Made by a program: the position numbers and the translations under genes | Source of the DNA: Tubulanus polymorphus | Taxonomy: Eukaryota > Animalia > Nemertea | Direction of reading: 5' to 3' | Assembly: GCF_964204645.1 (NCBI RefSeq) | Contig: NC_134028.1 | Span: 7,688,001 to 7,752,000 of the forward strand | DNA: 64,000 bases | In this document: positions 1-14,153 of the stretch, one piece after another | Layout of the letters: each line of letters begins with the position of its first letter | Position numbering within the stretch: position 1 is the first letter of the stretch | Notes under the pieces: generated by a model | Seen by the model: only the letters and a program-made list of their open reading frames with translations | What the model was told of the DNA's origin: nothing | Database searches by the model: none

Positions 1-2411
1 TCAAAGATTTTTCGATGATAATAATCGCTGCCCGATTCCGTAAAAATATTGCAAAAGTGAATCGATAGATAGTTAGGCGCCTACATTCCTCGTTGTCTGA
101 CCTTCAGAAGGAAATACCACAATTTTACCTGATTACCGTACTGAATAGATAACGCACATACGATAATTATCATAGGTAAACCATGTGTATCGTATCAGGT
201 TTCATGTGGTTTATGGTCAAATCATGTTCAGTTTCGAGTTAAGGCCCAATATGCCTGATGACTTATTTACCACCATAAACAATAAGGTATATATCTGACT
301 CAAATTTGGATTGATAGAATGAAGTAGTGGGACAACATGGATAGACATTTTCATCTACTCTCTATCTAATCTTAAGATAAATTCGTACAATATATCTTTT
401 TGGTGTTGCTATGATTGTCAGGTTACGAGGCGACAGATGCCGATGCTACTAAGAGGAAATGCCATCGTAGCCCAGCTTATGTCGGCTGCGCTGGATTCCC
501 AGCAACTAGCGGGATATGATCTCCCACCAGTTGCTTCCTTGTCTTCGTCAGCTACAATCATGTGACATGGTGACATGGGCAACTAGCGATATACGGCTTG
601 TGACAAGTTGGTATACATCGGGTTGCGCTGTAAGCAGGCTCATATTGGGCGGATATGATGGCCACTAGTGGCATGCTGTTTGCCGGTAGTTCCCGCTAGT
701 TGTTGATAACCCCAGTTGCGTCAGTATCCATTGCCTGATAGCTCGACATAAGCTAGCCTCTTCATGAATAATAGTAGTATTTATCTGTCTCATAAACTGA
801 CAAATTTTCAAGAACTCTATCTGCGATAGAATGTAGAAGAATATCAGCATTTGTTGTGGCGCTTAGCGGTCATTATCTAAAAGCCGGATGTTGGAATATC
901 TGTTTATATTCTAGTATTATCCTAGCTTTTATCGTTGTTAAATATACTTTTTCCCCGAGGAATGAAACTGAACATGCCCTCGTATGAAAAGACGGAACCT
1001 AATTATCATTGAAAAAAACACGATTTGGGATTAATGACTGTATATCCTGTTGAAGCTCGAGTGCATTCAATTGTTAATACATGTATTATTCTCTTGTTTA
1101 TGATTGAGTGGATGAATTAGTAATTCTCTAGTTTAGTGGCCTAGGACTCGCTACCATAGCGATGTATCAAATCATACCACCCGGACTACCAGTGATGCAA
1201 ACTATATATGCTGATGTATGGGTATAGGTTTCAAGCCCTAGAAACTAACGGATGTTCTGGGAATACCTGGCCACATTTACACTATTCAAAATGGTCTAAA
1301 TTTGGTCCATACCAATTTACAACGGACCAGGTGTTCACACTAGGGAAAAGTCCATTCAAAAAATCGGTCCGTTCCATTTTAAACTGGACCGATTAAAACC
1401 GATCCAGCCCGTTCTAAAGTTTTGAACGGACAAATTCTGGGTGTGTAGACAGAAACTGGTGTCGGGTCCGTTCTGAATCTATGTAATGTATTCATTGCAA
1501 ATCAAAGCTTTATCGCATTCACCAAAGAATCTCGAAACCAGACGGAGGAATATTCTTGTAGTTGGTTTGTATTGTCGTAGAAGAAATGGCAGAGCAATCA
1601 CATGAGAAAGTAGATAACTCCTGTAGAGTACAATCGAAAAGGGCCATGAATTTATCTGAGACAAATTTGCACGCATGCCATCTCCTCCGATATGAGACCC
1701 GAATGTGTCACTACCTAATCCACTATTACTATCTATTTAACGTGACCTAGAATTCAAATTCAGTTTGATATTGCTAGTTTTGATATTGACAGGGCATTAC
1801 TATTACTATTACCAACATGTATCGTGTACCTAAATATTCAGGGGTTAAGTAAACTGTGTTAGTGGGTTAATTTACATCTCTCTCAACAAGTACATAGTGT
1901 TCAGGTAAAATGCCGGTTTAGTTGGTTTAGTTCGTCCTTGATACTCCTGGTCGAGGAGGGCTAGTTAACATGAACATTTAGTATAAAAATACCGTGCTCT
2001 TTCAGCACTCGTACATCAGTACATGAGCCCTGAATTTCAGTAAATGAAATGAATAATTCATCTTGGTTATTCAGAATGTTTTTTTTGTGTGGTATATATT
2101 TCAAAAGCTATTGAGCTATTTTATGAGTAACTAGTAAATACTGGTAGACTTTTGAGACAGTTCCAGCAGACAATCGTTCCTCGCCCCCAAACTATACATA
2201 ACCGTATGAGCAATTAAGATATAAGTATGAAATACATAATTTTGCCTTAGATGATTCTTATTTTTAAGAATATATGTAATGAACGAATGCAAATATGTTG
2301 AAGTTTCTTGCGATGCTAAATTTTTATGAGAATTATTTTGCATTTCTGGAAAATATCCACCGTACCGTGTTTGACTAGATCTTGAAACAATTGCTCGATT
2401 ATCTTTTTCAG

Positions 2412-2510
2412 AATGGATTAAACGCATTGCATCTTGCTTCTAAAGAAGGACATGTAAACGTTGTGACAGAACTGCTGAAACGAGGGGCCAACGTTAATGC
2501 AGCAACTAAG
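2412..2510 (+). CDS. Ank2: Ankyrin exon, ANK repeat 2 ([33 protein letters not shown])
   Basis: ttttcag acceptor, gtaaat donor, 99 nt, phase 0-0; absent from the ORF track. Confidence 0.95.
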
Positions 2511-5266
2511 GTAAATAAAAATCATTTCTGACGACAACATTTTCAGCTTTATGGCAAGCTCACCTAGCTGTTTGTTATAGCCATATAATCTTTTTTCTGG
2601 TAAGACAGGGGCCAGAGAGACTTATGATATAATATAATAGGTATACCATTTAGAATAAGAGCAATATCTTCCGCATTTTTGGAATCTATTTTGATGGTTT
2701 CAAAACTATGAATGCTTATGATTAGATTCGATCATTTTAGGTGGGATGATTTAGGTCGGTCGCTCAAGAAACAAGTTGCTGGCGTTCTTGTAGCTGCCAA
2801 TTATATCAAAAAGCGCATGAACAATATTGAAGCTGAACTATGTTTTTACGAATTCTAGGCTATGGATTGAAATAATTTCTACTTAGCAACTGCGTCTTTA
2901 TTGTTCATTCTCCTTGCATAATGTTTTAGTTAAAAAAGACAACCATTACTGTTCTAACAGTGTATGTAGCAGTGTATGTTATGGGGGGTACAGTATGAGT
3001 TATAGGGGATGTGGTACCAATAACTACCGGCAAGCGGAAAGCGTTATTTTCTTTCTCAGACATACCTGTATTGTTAGTGTACAGAACTATATATATATAT
3101 AACCTCAAGATTCCGTGTTGAGGTGAATGAACAGAAATTATATACCGTCGCTTCCTGAAGCAACACAATGCGTAAGATAAACGTTCAACCTACAAGTTGT
3201 TGATAGAATATCAGGGGATCCAGAACATGATTTATAAATTAGCCTGTTGTGGGTCCTCAATTGAATTTCAAAAATGTCTCTGTAGAATTCTTTACAACAC
3301 TACTAAACCATGCTATAAATCGATCATTGCAAAACACTGGGATTGTTTAGTGTGCGGGAAGTCAACCTTGTTGGTAACAAATGAAACCATCGGCCGCTGT
3401 CCTGGATCAGTATCTGGATATAACTTTCTATGTATTACGAAAATAAGCCTTCGACTTCCTGTATTTATACCGTGTTCCGGCGGCTCCTTTCATCTTCGTG
3501 TATCAGTTCGTGTAGAATATTTGGTAGAAAGCCATTGAATGGATGATAACGCGATTAGTTCTCTCATCAACAGGCTTTATACAAGTCACAAATAGAGATC
3601 GGTGATCAAAGCGTATCTTCAGCACTAATGCATTACGTACTGGGCTTGTTTAGTCATGATTCTTTTGCGCATCTCTCCGTTTGGAGTCTAGAAAATCTAG
3701 TCTAGACTTCAGACTCGCCCCGATGATCCATTGAAATTTTTTCTACAGCAATGAATCACTGAACATCTGAGATTAGATGCTCCTCCATATTTACATGGAG
3801 ATACCATTACGGGGATCAATCGGGCGAAAATCCGTAGAAAGTCACGGAGAATTTTGACTAATGTGTGTAGGTTAAGTATTGACGATTGACTCTCCTCCCT
3901 ATTTTCGATGATTTGTCTAGACTCAGTGGGTTGAATCGTTGGCCGGGTCGTATTTACTGAAATTACTGGTGTCTGCGGAGAGTGTCGGATTTATCGTCAG
4001 GAAGTTCACTCGTGTCATATTCTTCATTCGGAAGAGATTAAATTACGGTGCTAATTGTAATTGAATAATGAATCATCCCGTGCTGAATCTATATTTTCTT
4101 CATGATATCCCAACCCCCCCCCTGCATGAAGTCATGGGGGATGTTATGGTTTTCACTGTATTACATCCATATCCATGTGGAGTATATGTTACCCCGGTTG
4201 AAATCAAATCCTCAGATATTGAAATTATGTGTAGGCCTATAGTGGCTCGAAGATGAACCCTGTTTAATTTGAACATTACCATTCGAGAGGGCTGACTGGT
4301 GGCCATCTTTGATTCCAAAAATGTATATATTGGCCTGTAAGCTTGAATTTATTTCATTTAGAGCAATGGTTTCTTATGAATTGATTAATTTTTCGGAATA
4401 ACCGATGAGATACTGCATGGCACTTATCAACAAAAACGATGTTGAGGCCGGAACTGGGGGCATTCAAGTGTTCCCAAGGCGAATGCAAAAATCTAATAAT
4501 CTTTTTCCCATAGGTTGATACACTGTTTACATACAATTTCACATGTCGATGAAACCTGAAAATATCTAAACAGAGTTGGCCCAGTCATGGCATTGTCACA
4601 CAACCTGTAGTCATATGTTACAGAGGTTAGCCAGTTCTTGACCAACCAAGAGGCCATATAGCTAGTAATCGACCAATCACAACACTGCGTCGAAGAGCGT
4701 GGCCTTTGCTGAGATAATGTGGCCATCACGATTGATAGAACACTATATCCGTGTTGACGCGATGTAGAGAGAATCCCACAATGATAAGGAAAGAGTCCGA
4801 AAATGTAACTTTGAGTAAAAAAATGAAACGTATAAATGTTCTGTGTTCCAAAAATTAGGTTTTACTGTTTTTCTAATTAAACATTGCGAATCTGCATTGT
4901 TCTATTTTATCGACATTTCAATCAAAATGAAAGTGGCGATACAGTGATATTTAGTAGTTGAAGTGCTGCTACAATGTAATTTCACTCACGCGTGGCAATG
5001 TTTTATCAATATCCATCTGTTTGCGAGTTTCACAATTTTGTTTTTCAATTCAAGTTGGAATCTTTTTTACTGGAAATTCGACCTATTGTGCAAATCGTGC
5101 AAATCTGGGGTCGAAATTGCGTTACTAGTTTTGATCTATTCTATTTCACTCGAATATTTGTTAGGGCGTATGATTGCTAGTGTCTCGACCAAGAATTCAC
5201 AATTGACGAGATAACATCTGATTGACACACATAGTGTTCTGAATCTTGCTCAGGTTTCATGCAATG

Positions 5267-5590
5267 TAAAGGCGGGCGTAGGTTGGCCTTGCGACCGCTT
5301 GCGACTCACTGCAACGCGACTCACTGCGACCGCCAGTGACGATCGCGTCGCAACGACTCACCGACCAACGCTACCTTGCGACTGCCAGCGATGCCAGTCG
5401 CAATGAGTCGCACATGTTCTACTTTCTGCGACGCGACGCGACCGTCGCAACCGACCTGCGTGCTGTTGCGACTGGCAGCAACCAGTCGCACACAGTCGCT
5501 GACAACCGCATCGCAACCGACTAGCGCGGCCACTTGTGACGCAACGCGACGATCGCGTCGCGTCGCAAGGCCGACCTACGCCCGGCTTTA
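5267..5590. mobile_element. GC-rich palindromic MITE (PIF/Harbinger-like)
   Basis: 29-bp TIR taaaggcgggcgtaggttggccttgcgac / gtcgcaaggccgacctacgcccggcttta (2 mismatches); internal tgcgac/gtcgca repeats; TAA/TTA ends. Confidence 0.85.
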
Positions 5591-6510
5591 GTTGTTTGTT
5601 GGGTATTAAATTCTGGCAGTATTGACTAAATAATTCCAGTATCAAAGCAATTTTTGTTCTGAAATTTGAAATTTGTTGATTCTAAGACTGTCCCCCGCCT
5701 GGAACCTAAACTTATTATTTCTGCCATCATCACGCTCTTAACTGGCATAGTTTTTCTCATGCAACACGATTATTTTATTTGGTCCTGATCTTGAAAAAAT
5801 TTTTCGGCTTCCTGATTGTGGGACTTCATCATTCATTCACGACACAGTGCAAAGTTCTACCAAGTCATTCAGTAAATAGTAAAACCTGAGATGGATTCAA
5901 TAAATAGTTCTTGCTGCTTTGAATCGATGAAATTCCGGCCGAACCATCAATGATTAGGACCTTCCAGATGAGAAATCTCTTTCTTTCTAGCTACGACTAA
6001 TGTTGTAACTGGTTTGGCTTTTGAAACGATCAAAGTCAACATCGAATAAGTCAATATTTTGCCATTGCGAAAATAAGTTTTTAGATTAATTGTATTTCTA
6101 GGTTTCATCATTCGCGCAGTCCATTTTGGTTGTATAGTCATACAAACAACCAGTCTTTAAAAGAAGGCCAGGTTTTCTTTTTTTGGTGGTAATTAAGTGA
6201 TGTTTATTACAACTAGCCCTAGGCTGACAAAATAGTGTATGATTTTAGAGATATTTACCAAAATATATGTATATATCAGGCTGCGCAGGTTTTTCACCAT
6301 GTGTTGCTAGATATCTGACTGACTTACTAATTGGCAAAAAAAAGTCCCAGGGTCCGTGGCAAATATTTTAAGACATCGGGCATATCAGGGTTGGTCTCAT
6401 TACAGACATTTCAGATGTTATGTTCATTACGATTTTTGCTGTAGGCGGTAGTGTCTGAAAAAATTCTTTAGCCTACATCATGACTGAGATGAAACCATTT
6501 TCTTTTACAG

Positions 6511-6708
6511 AAAGGGAACACTGCCCTGCACATTGCCTCGTTGGCTGGGCAAGAAGAGGTCGCGAAGATCCTTGTGAAATATGAAGCCAAAGTCAACGTT
6601 CAGTCACAGACAGGTTTTACACCTCTGTACATGGCAGCGCAGGAAAGCCATCACGAAGTCGTCAAATTTCTCCTGGCTAATGGGGCTAGCCAGAGTTTGG
6701 CCACTGAG
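6511..6708 (+). CDS. Ank2: Ankyrin exon, 2 ANK repeats ([17 protein letters not shown]...SQSLATE)
   Basis: ttttacag / gtaaga, 198 nt. Confidence 0.96.
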
Positions 6709-6985
6709 GTAAGAAAGCTAATCTTTCGAAGTTGAGGCCTTACGTATTTTTAGGAGTTTTACCTCAAGACGTCCATGATTCAATCATGACTGATTCAATT
6801 TCAATGTATCCAAACTCACGATTATTTTAGTTGAGTTAATGAGTTCATTTTAGAATTTTGGGACGTGTCTTTGGATAGAAGTTAAGCACGGAAGGACTAT
6901 ATAGATTTTCTCAATTTTTTCCCGAGGTCGTTAAGGTTTTTCATTTTAGCGTTGTATTCACGTGTCGTGTCGAATCTTATTTCAG

Positions 6986-7171
6986 GATGGTTTTACTCCT
7001 TTGGCTGTCGCGTTACAGCAGGGACACGAGAAAGTCGTCGCGGTTCTGCTCGAAAACGACACACGCGGTAAAGTACGTCTGCCCGCTCTGCACATCGCTG
7101 CGAAGAAAGATGACACGAAAGCCGCAGCGCTTCTCCTTCAAAACGAACACAACGCCGACACTACGTCAAAG
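6986..7171 (+). CDS. Ank2: Ankyrin exon, 2 ANK repeats ([14 protein letters not shown]...NADTTSK)
   Basis: tttcag / gtttgt, 186 nt; contains the conserved [21 protein letters not shown]. Confidence 0.96.
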
Positions 7172-8244
7172 GTTTGTACGATTATTTGAGATTTTTTTCA
7201 ATGATTTCCAGTTTCCGTGGTAGTGAGTTTGAATTTGTCTCATAACCTTGGAACTGGGTCATGTGCGTGAGTTTGAGTCCAGTTTCTCATTTGCTAAGTT
7301 TCCTTTAGCCCGCCTTAAAAGAATTACGTTTCGAAAAATTTGAATGATGAAACCTTTCTTGCAGAAAGTTTACCTTGTAAATAACGATAAATTTAGTTTT
7401 AACTCATGTCCCAAAATTATCAGAACTATGTCTCCTTCCACCTTTGAATATTTCGTTCCATTTGCCTATAACTGAATGTATTCATAAGTTATGACTGATG
7501 ACATGGATTGTCATGTGCATCCTGATTTATTCTGTCAGTTTCAATTTTTGATCCGAATATCTTCACACACACAAATGAGATCCTGTTTCAATGCATTTTG
7601 TATGAACTTGTTTCTTTTTTTAACTAATCAATTTTCTCAATATGGCAGCACTGGGTTGAAGTATGTAACTGATTGCCGCCGGGATTCGATTTTTTTTAGT
7701 TCTATCACACTGGTCTAAGGGGGAATCAAGTCATCGCAAGTTTCTAAATATCGAGGGAACAATATGCATGTTACTGAACTAAGATTCATTTTAACTCGGT
7801 CGGGTTCAAGTCAATTAATATCGATTTGAGACTCCCAGGGCTAAAATAACTTATATGTTTCAAAATTTTTTGAATCACATATTTATATAGAAATTTGAAG
7901 GGTTTTCTTTTTTTGCGGCTGGTTATTTAAAGGCATTTGGTGCACAGGTTTCTAAAAGGATCTAAATTGACATTGCACTATATACAATTACAAAGATTTC
8001 CTGGCTGAAGGCAGGTTGGTTTTGATGACAACACTAGGCTAGATATGTTTGAGTGTAGGAGACCGATATCTGGAGAGGCTGGTTGTATCTATATGATGTT
8101 AAACCTTGGTCTAATCCATGAATGACTGTGCTTATTTTGTGCTTAACCATGGGCATATAATAGTCCATTTGTTTACTGACTGCTTGGATTGATCGATTCT
8201 TTGACTACTAATTTGTTAATGACTACTAATCGTTTACGTTACAG

Positions 8245-8274
8245 AGTGGCAGCTTAGTTAACGATACCACCAAG
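8245..8274 (+). CDS. Ank2: 30-nt microexon SGSLVNDTTK
   Basis: ttacag / gtatag, phase 0-0, TACTAAT twice upstream; same position and similar sequence to the vertebrate ANK2/3 MMVNRTTE microexon. Confidence 0.8.
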
Positions 8275-8324
8275 GTATAGAAACTAGAAAAGATTTGTTT
8301 TCATTGTGTTTGTGTCAATTTATT

Positions 8325-8637
8325 GTCGTCTCCCCTAGCAGGAATTCGAACCTGATGGCATCACTAGACTCGGCCATGGCGCGAACCCCTGCCACACTAG
8401 ACCGGGTGCGCAGCTACATGTGCAGGTTTGCTGCAAGAAAACTTGGGGCACCAATCAGATTGCTTGTTGTATAATGGCTGAAGAATATCTCACGGATAAA
8501 TTTTAAATGGGAAAACCCTAGCTAAAATGAAAAAACGAGATTTCTGATCATCTGCCTCATCTGCACATGTAACTGTGCACTCGGTCTGGTGCAGTCTCAA
8601 TGCCATCAGGTTCGAACCCCTGCCATGGAAGGATGAC
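8325..8637. mobile_element. Fold-back element with long imperfect inverted arms
   Basis: ttcgaacctgatggca / tgccatcaggttcgaa and cactagaccgggtgcgcagctacatgtgcag / ctgcacatgtaactgtgcactcggtctggtg. Confidence 0.75.
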
Positions 8638-10330
8638 TTATTGCATGAAATGTTGTTAGTTTTGTCTACACTTCACTTGCCAGGGTCTGTAACTATGAAA
8701 GAAAATCGATAGAAGTCAGTGTCTTGACCACTCAATTTGATCAACCCTGTTGCTGATCAGTTCGGTCATTTGTTCCAGAGACCAATCACTACATGGTTAG
8801 TCAACTACAATGTTGCTAATCCATTCGATATAACTAGTTCAGCCCTTGTATACGAAGATGTAATTGCATGTTTCATATGTGTAAAATTCCCTGTGTTTCC
8901 GTGTTTAGTGTGGTTACTTTGAGTCAGTTTGTTGCATTTTGATCCTTCTGAATTATCTTCCCTGGTGTAAGCTGAATTTCCTGTATACATCATTTCTTAA
9001 ACACTTTGTTCATAACGATATCAGTTATGATATAAGACAGCCTTCAAGTCCTTTTAAATTGTTCTGTAATTTTGTTCTAATTTCTATTGAGACATTTGTC
9101 TTCGATGTTGTCATATCTCGATGTTCAATTATTTTTTCTCGTAATCGTGGATCTCGGAAGAAAAATGCACTAAACAATGTCGAATCAGTTGAATTCTAAT
9201 TTCAATTCCTGTCAAAAAGTTAAGACAATTCTAGCAGTTTACCGGACTCCATCCACTAAACTGCGTCGAGGAATATCAAAGTTCAAGCGATGAGTTCTAG
9301 GAAGCTTCCAAGCCTTATTCGGTAGAATCAAACAGACCACATCTATGAAAGGTCAACAAGACCCCAACGAAAAACAAAATGTCAACCCTCTATTTTTGTA
9401 CGCCTACGCACATGGGATTATTCTTGTAATTCAGGCATAAGCGCTTTGCATCACAAAATCGTAGCTTTGAATCTCCGACATCAATACGGCTTTTTTCGTA
9501 AACGGAGAGCTGTACATAACCAGGCCATAATAACCAAGCGATTTCTTTTTTAAAAGATGCCTTTAATCATTGTAATGATGAAATGATCTATACCGCCCGG
9601 GACAATGTTACAATTTGTAATTTATATTACACGCTAACCCAGATCATATTTCTCATTTGTCTGATGATAATATTGTAAAATTGCTTATTCAAATGTTGTG
9701 GCATGTTCATACAGTCGAGTTCATATACAGTATATCTATGTGCATTTTGTTTTTAACACTTTCAACCCGTTTTGTTATTTGGATGTTGCCCTTCCGCATG
9801 CTTTATACATAGTGTTTATAATACCTCTATGATGCAGATTATTACTTGTAGAATACGGTTTCATGGGTCTTCAGATAATCCTAAATATTTTTAACGCTAA
9901 TCTAGAAAAATTTCTTTATTATATATGTTCAAAGGTTATAACATTATAACAAACTCTAAAGGTAACAGTAACTATCTATATCAGTATATGATATCATTTA
10001 AGTTATTCATTCCAAATTTTAAGAAATTCATCAGATCTAAACAATTAGATTTTCGGACTTCCATTTCATTAAATTGGTCTTGACAATCACCCAGTTGAAA
10101 TTACTGGCTGTTCAGTAAGGCCATTCAGTAACACTAGGGAAAATCTTCCAGATCGTGTTTCACGGTTCTGGTTAGAATTTGACTGAAGTTGAATATTTGA
10201 AATGATCTAATCTTCCAATATAACTGTGTAGGCCCTGGTGCATTGCATCTTTTGATTAAGATTTGAATAAAATGATTGTTTGATTGTAATGTAATATTGA
10301 ATGCAACAATGATCGCTTTTTCTATTTCAG

Positions 10331-10429
10331 AGCGGATTCACACCTCTTCACATCTCATCTCATTATGGTAACATCAATGTCGGTACGCTACTCATCGAAA
10401 AAGGCGCCGACCCGAACTTCAAAGCAAGA
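10331..10429 (+). CDS. Ank2: Ankyrin exon, 1 ANK repeat ([17 protein letters not shown]...FKAR)
   Basis: tttcag / gtaagt, 99 nt. Confidence 0.95.
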
Positions 10430-12778
10430 GTAAGTAGAGCATTGGGAAAAATGAAGAAAAAAAATGACCGATTTTGAAAAATTGAAATTATGACAAATGT
10501 TTAGTGCCAATGTGATGTTTAAGGATTATAGATTGCATTAAAATCTCTTAAACAAAGGATGAAACATCGTCATACCTTGGAAATTTAGTCTCTAAAATTT
10601 GTACAGATTTGGTAAAACTTTCAAGAAAAGCTATTGCATGTTATAAACTCCACCTGGTATCACCATGATACACAGTAGATGCTACTCGTGGTGGATCTAA
10701 CCTGATAAACTATTGTATAGTTATTGAAATAATAATCAGATGTCACTCATGTCGGGACAGATTTTTCTGGTCCAAAAAGAGCAAAATTAAGTGTTTGAGT
10801 CAACCGTATCGATTCGTCGGTTGAAAAGTTAAGTGATACGTTCATATCTAAGAATATGTAGATATTGATGTATTTGTGTTTCAATCGAATAGCCTGACTC
10901 TCACGGAAAAGTAAGTTTGGGAGTCTGGGTAACTGATACTATTAGTTCTTACTTCATCTTTCATCGTCATTATTATCATCATCATTTTCATCTCATCAGG
11001 GATAACCAGAAAATCCCCCTTAGTTTGAATATATGAAAATTTGAATTCGTTTGTGCTGCCCTCTATTGCCTGATATATTCTGACTTTTAGCTTCTTTAGT
11101 CGTTCCCTGAATTCAATGATGATCATCATTTGCCTCGTTAATTACCGATGTTAATAGCTGACTGGGCTTCTATGTCTGATTAATTAATTCCTTAATCTGC
11201 CGTTTCTTCTAGCCTCACTTCCCAGGGCTGGTTTCGTTCTGCTTTGTATGTATTTTGGATGACGCATGAATGCAGAAGCTTAGATTTTTCGTACAGATCA
11301 CGTGTTTTAAAACGAAGTGCTTAAACTTACACCAATGCAACCCTCCTTTTCAGATCAAAGCTTGTATTTGAACTGTACACAAAAACAAATTCTGATTCTG
11401 GTTACTATACACATTCAACAAGCCAAAAATCTTAAGTCGTTAAGTCAACTTCAGGACCCAGTTGCTTCATTATCAGTTTAGTTCAACTATGATACAGTCA
11501 ACTGATAGCCATACAACTAAGTCCTATATTATTTTACATATATTTAGTTATGTACATAATCTTCCCAGTAAAAAATGGTTATCAGAGATTGCTGAACAGA
11601 ATTAATGAACTGGAAACCATAAATCGATACCTATTAGCGAGGCTTTGCTGGGGGTCGAATGTTATGTCGTAATCTATGTAATAACCGCATTAACCAGATA
11701 TTTTTAGGCTCTGTAAGCTTATGTACATCATAACTTGAATGTCGGGTTTTCCTAATTATCGCATCATTTCAGTGTACTTACTGACAACTTGGAGATTTCG
11801 AATCGTAGTCGAGGGTCCTGGTATCGTTATTTTCTTTAAACCCCCAAAAAGTAATGGATTTTGCTACTACCATACTAGCAATTAGATATGGTTGGTGATA
11901 TTCTTCAAGAGATGAATATTGTAATACACGTGTCATATAGCCTTCTTAATTAGGAGCTACTATTAAAATGTGTGGTTGGTTTCCATGCAGACAGAACAGA
12001 ACAGAAAAACCGATATCCTTATGACACTTAACATGTAAACGAATATATATGCTGCATGGCTGGCTGGAAGTTTGGTTCATATTGTATGTTTGCAGCTTTT
12101 GCATACATCGTTTTTCCGATGCCCAACGCCAAATACGGCATGGTTTAATCATGACCCTCGGGACGGATTTTATAACCACCACGAATGCATAAACGATGAA
12201 CTGAAATCCACTACAGTGTATGCAACTAGTAGTCGGCAGCCGCTCCATCGACGAGATATAATATCGATCCGAATAACTCGCTACCAGACGAGAGAAGCGA
12301 ATTGAGAAATTGATCTTCTGTCTGTGCGTTCAGCATTCTAAGCACCCTTAGTCTCATTTCGCATACTTATGAACCTCAGTTCTGTGTACAGTTAACAGGC
12401 ATCTTACGCGCCTTCCGATGGTTATAAACACAATACAGTAATCGCAAGTGTGTATCGAAAAATGCATTCACGAGTCTGGCCGGATAAAAAACCAACAGTG
12501 GAATAGATACTATATCTACTGGGTGTCATTTCATTATATTCATCATCTTTCTTCTATTGCTTCGTTCATCTCTTTATCATTCTTATATCTTTTCTATTCC
12601 GATATTCTGACAGTATGTTGAATAGTACGTTGAAAATTAACCGTCAAATTTGAAAATATTAGCCTTTACATGCGAGGAATCTATCCGCAATTTATTGTGC
12701 AAGAATTTTCAGATTCGTGAAACTTAGCTGAATTGATTACTCAATTCATCGGCATTTCGTTGATAATTTTTTTTTCAG

Positions 12779-12976
12779 AATGGTATTTGCCCGCTTCACG
12801 TCGCAGCGAAATGGGGTAAAACGAACATGGTCAACCTGCTGTTGGACAGCGGCGCCCTCATCGACGCGCGCACACGAGACGGTTTGACCCCGATTCATTG
12901 CTCGGCTCGAAGCGGACATGAGCAAGTGACAGATATCCTGCTTGAAAGAGGTTCACCCAATGCTTGTAAAACTAGA
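12779..12976 (+). CDS. Ank2: Ankyrin exon, 2 ANK repeats ([14 protein letters not shown]...ACKTR)
   Basis: ttttcag / gtaagt, 198 nt. Confidence 0.95.
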
Positions 12977-13186
12977 GTAAGTTTATGTCTCGTTATGTCC
13001 ATTAACTCAGAAAGTAGTAAAATCCGTCCTCGTTGAACTGAATGTGATTCATTTCTGTCATTGAAGTTCAGAGAGTAATTACTATCTTTCAATTGAGGAA
13101 CTGTTGTATTACTTTTAGAATGGCCACCAGTAAATTCAAGCGTCCTGTAGAACTGTGTAAAATCAATCTGTTTTGTTACTTTTTAG

Positions 13187-13384
13187 AATGGTTTGACGCC
13201 ATTGCATATGGCCGCCCAGGGCGACCACGTCGACTGCGGACGTCTGCTTTTGTTGAAGAAAGCTCCCGTCGATGAAGTAACAGTCGACTACTTGACACCG
13301 CTTCACGTAGCTGCACATTGTGGAAATGTTCGAATCGCTAAACTCCTCCTCGAATGGAACTGTGAGCCGAATGCAAGAGCTCTA
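13187..13384 (+). CDS. Ank2: Ankyrin exon, 2 ANK repeats ([14 protein letters not shown]...PNARAL)
   Basis: ttttag / gtacgt, 198 nt. Confidence 0.95.
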
Positions 13385-13490
13385 GTACGTATACCAACCA
13401 CCGGCGCAGAACGATGTACCCTCACTATACCCAGTTCCACAGTCTTGAAACTATATTGTTCACTATATACTTTAACCAACTTTTGAACTA

Positions 13491-13598
13491 CTGGACCCAG
13501 TTCCACGGTTGTGAGTTAAGATTTGACTCAGAGTTAACTCATTGAAAATGAACTAATTACAACTGAGAGTTAACTCATGACCGTGGAACTGGTTCCAG
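13491..13598. mobile_element. Short MITE, CCAGTTCCAC-TIR family
   Basis: TIR ctggacccagttccacggt / accgtggaactggttccag; body nearly identical to 20109-20222. Confidence 0.85.
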
Positions 13599-13800
13599 GC
13601 GACCGTCTGTTTCTTAATATTCTGTTATCCATATGTCTCGAGTATCGTGTAATTTATTCGAGTTCCTTGCTGTTCTAGCAATTCAGTTCAGTTCGTAAGA
13701 TTTCGTATTCATTTAATGAAACCCTTTAGTGATGTTCTGGATGTTTGTAGTGTTTTGTTTGGGTATTCGATATTTATTCCCCTTTTTTTCTGGTTTACAG

Positions 13801-13899
13801 AATGGATTCACTCCACTTCACATCGCGTGTAAAAAGAACCGAATCAAAGTCGTAGAATTATTGTTGAAATATGGAGCCGCAATCGAAGCCACTACTGAG
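13801..13899 (+). CDS. Ank2: Ankyrin exon, 1 ANK repeat ([17 protein letters not shown]...ATTE)
   Basis: ttacag / gtttgt, 99 nt. Confidence 0.96.
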
Positions 13900-14153
13900 G
13901 TTTGTATTACATATCTTCATCAATATATTGTTAGCTATCATACCTTAGACCATTTCTAAGATAGCTGTCAAACCAACATGTTGGAACCGCCCCTGTGGCA
14001 CTGGTTTCATGAAAAACTGTAAGCGGCGCACTTATTGAGGTATCGAAGATTGGTAAACCTGAAGCCAAAGCAGAATTCTGTTATAAATTCTGGTTTATGT
14101 GTTAATCCATTTTTGTAACTCAATCCATGCCTGTTTTTTTTGTGTTATTTTAG

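Noticed and set aside
5321-5645. Four overlapping ORFs on both strands
   Set aside because: By-product of a GC-rich palindromic MITE
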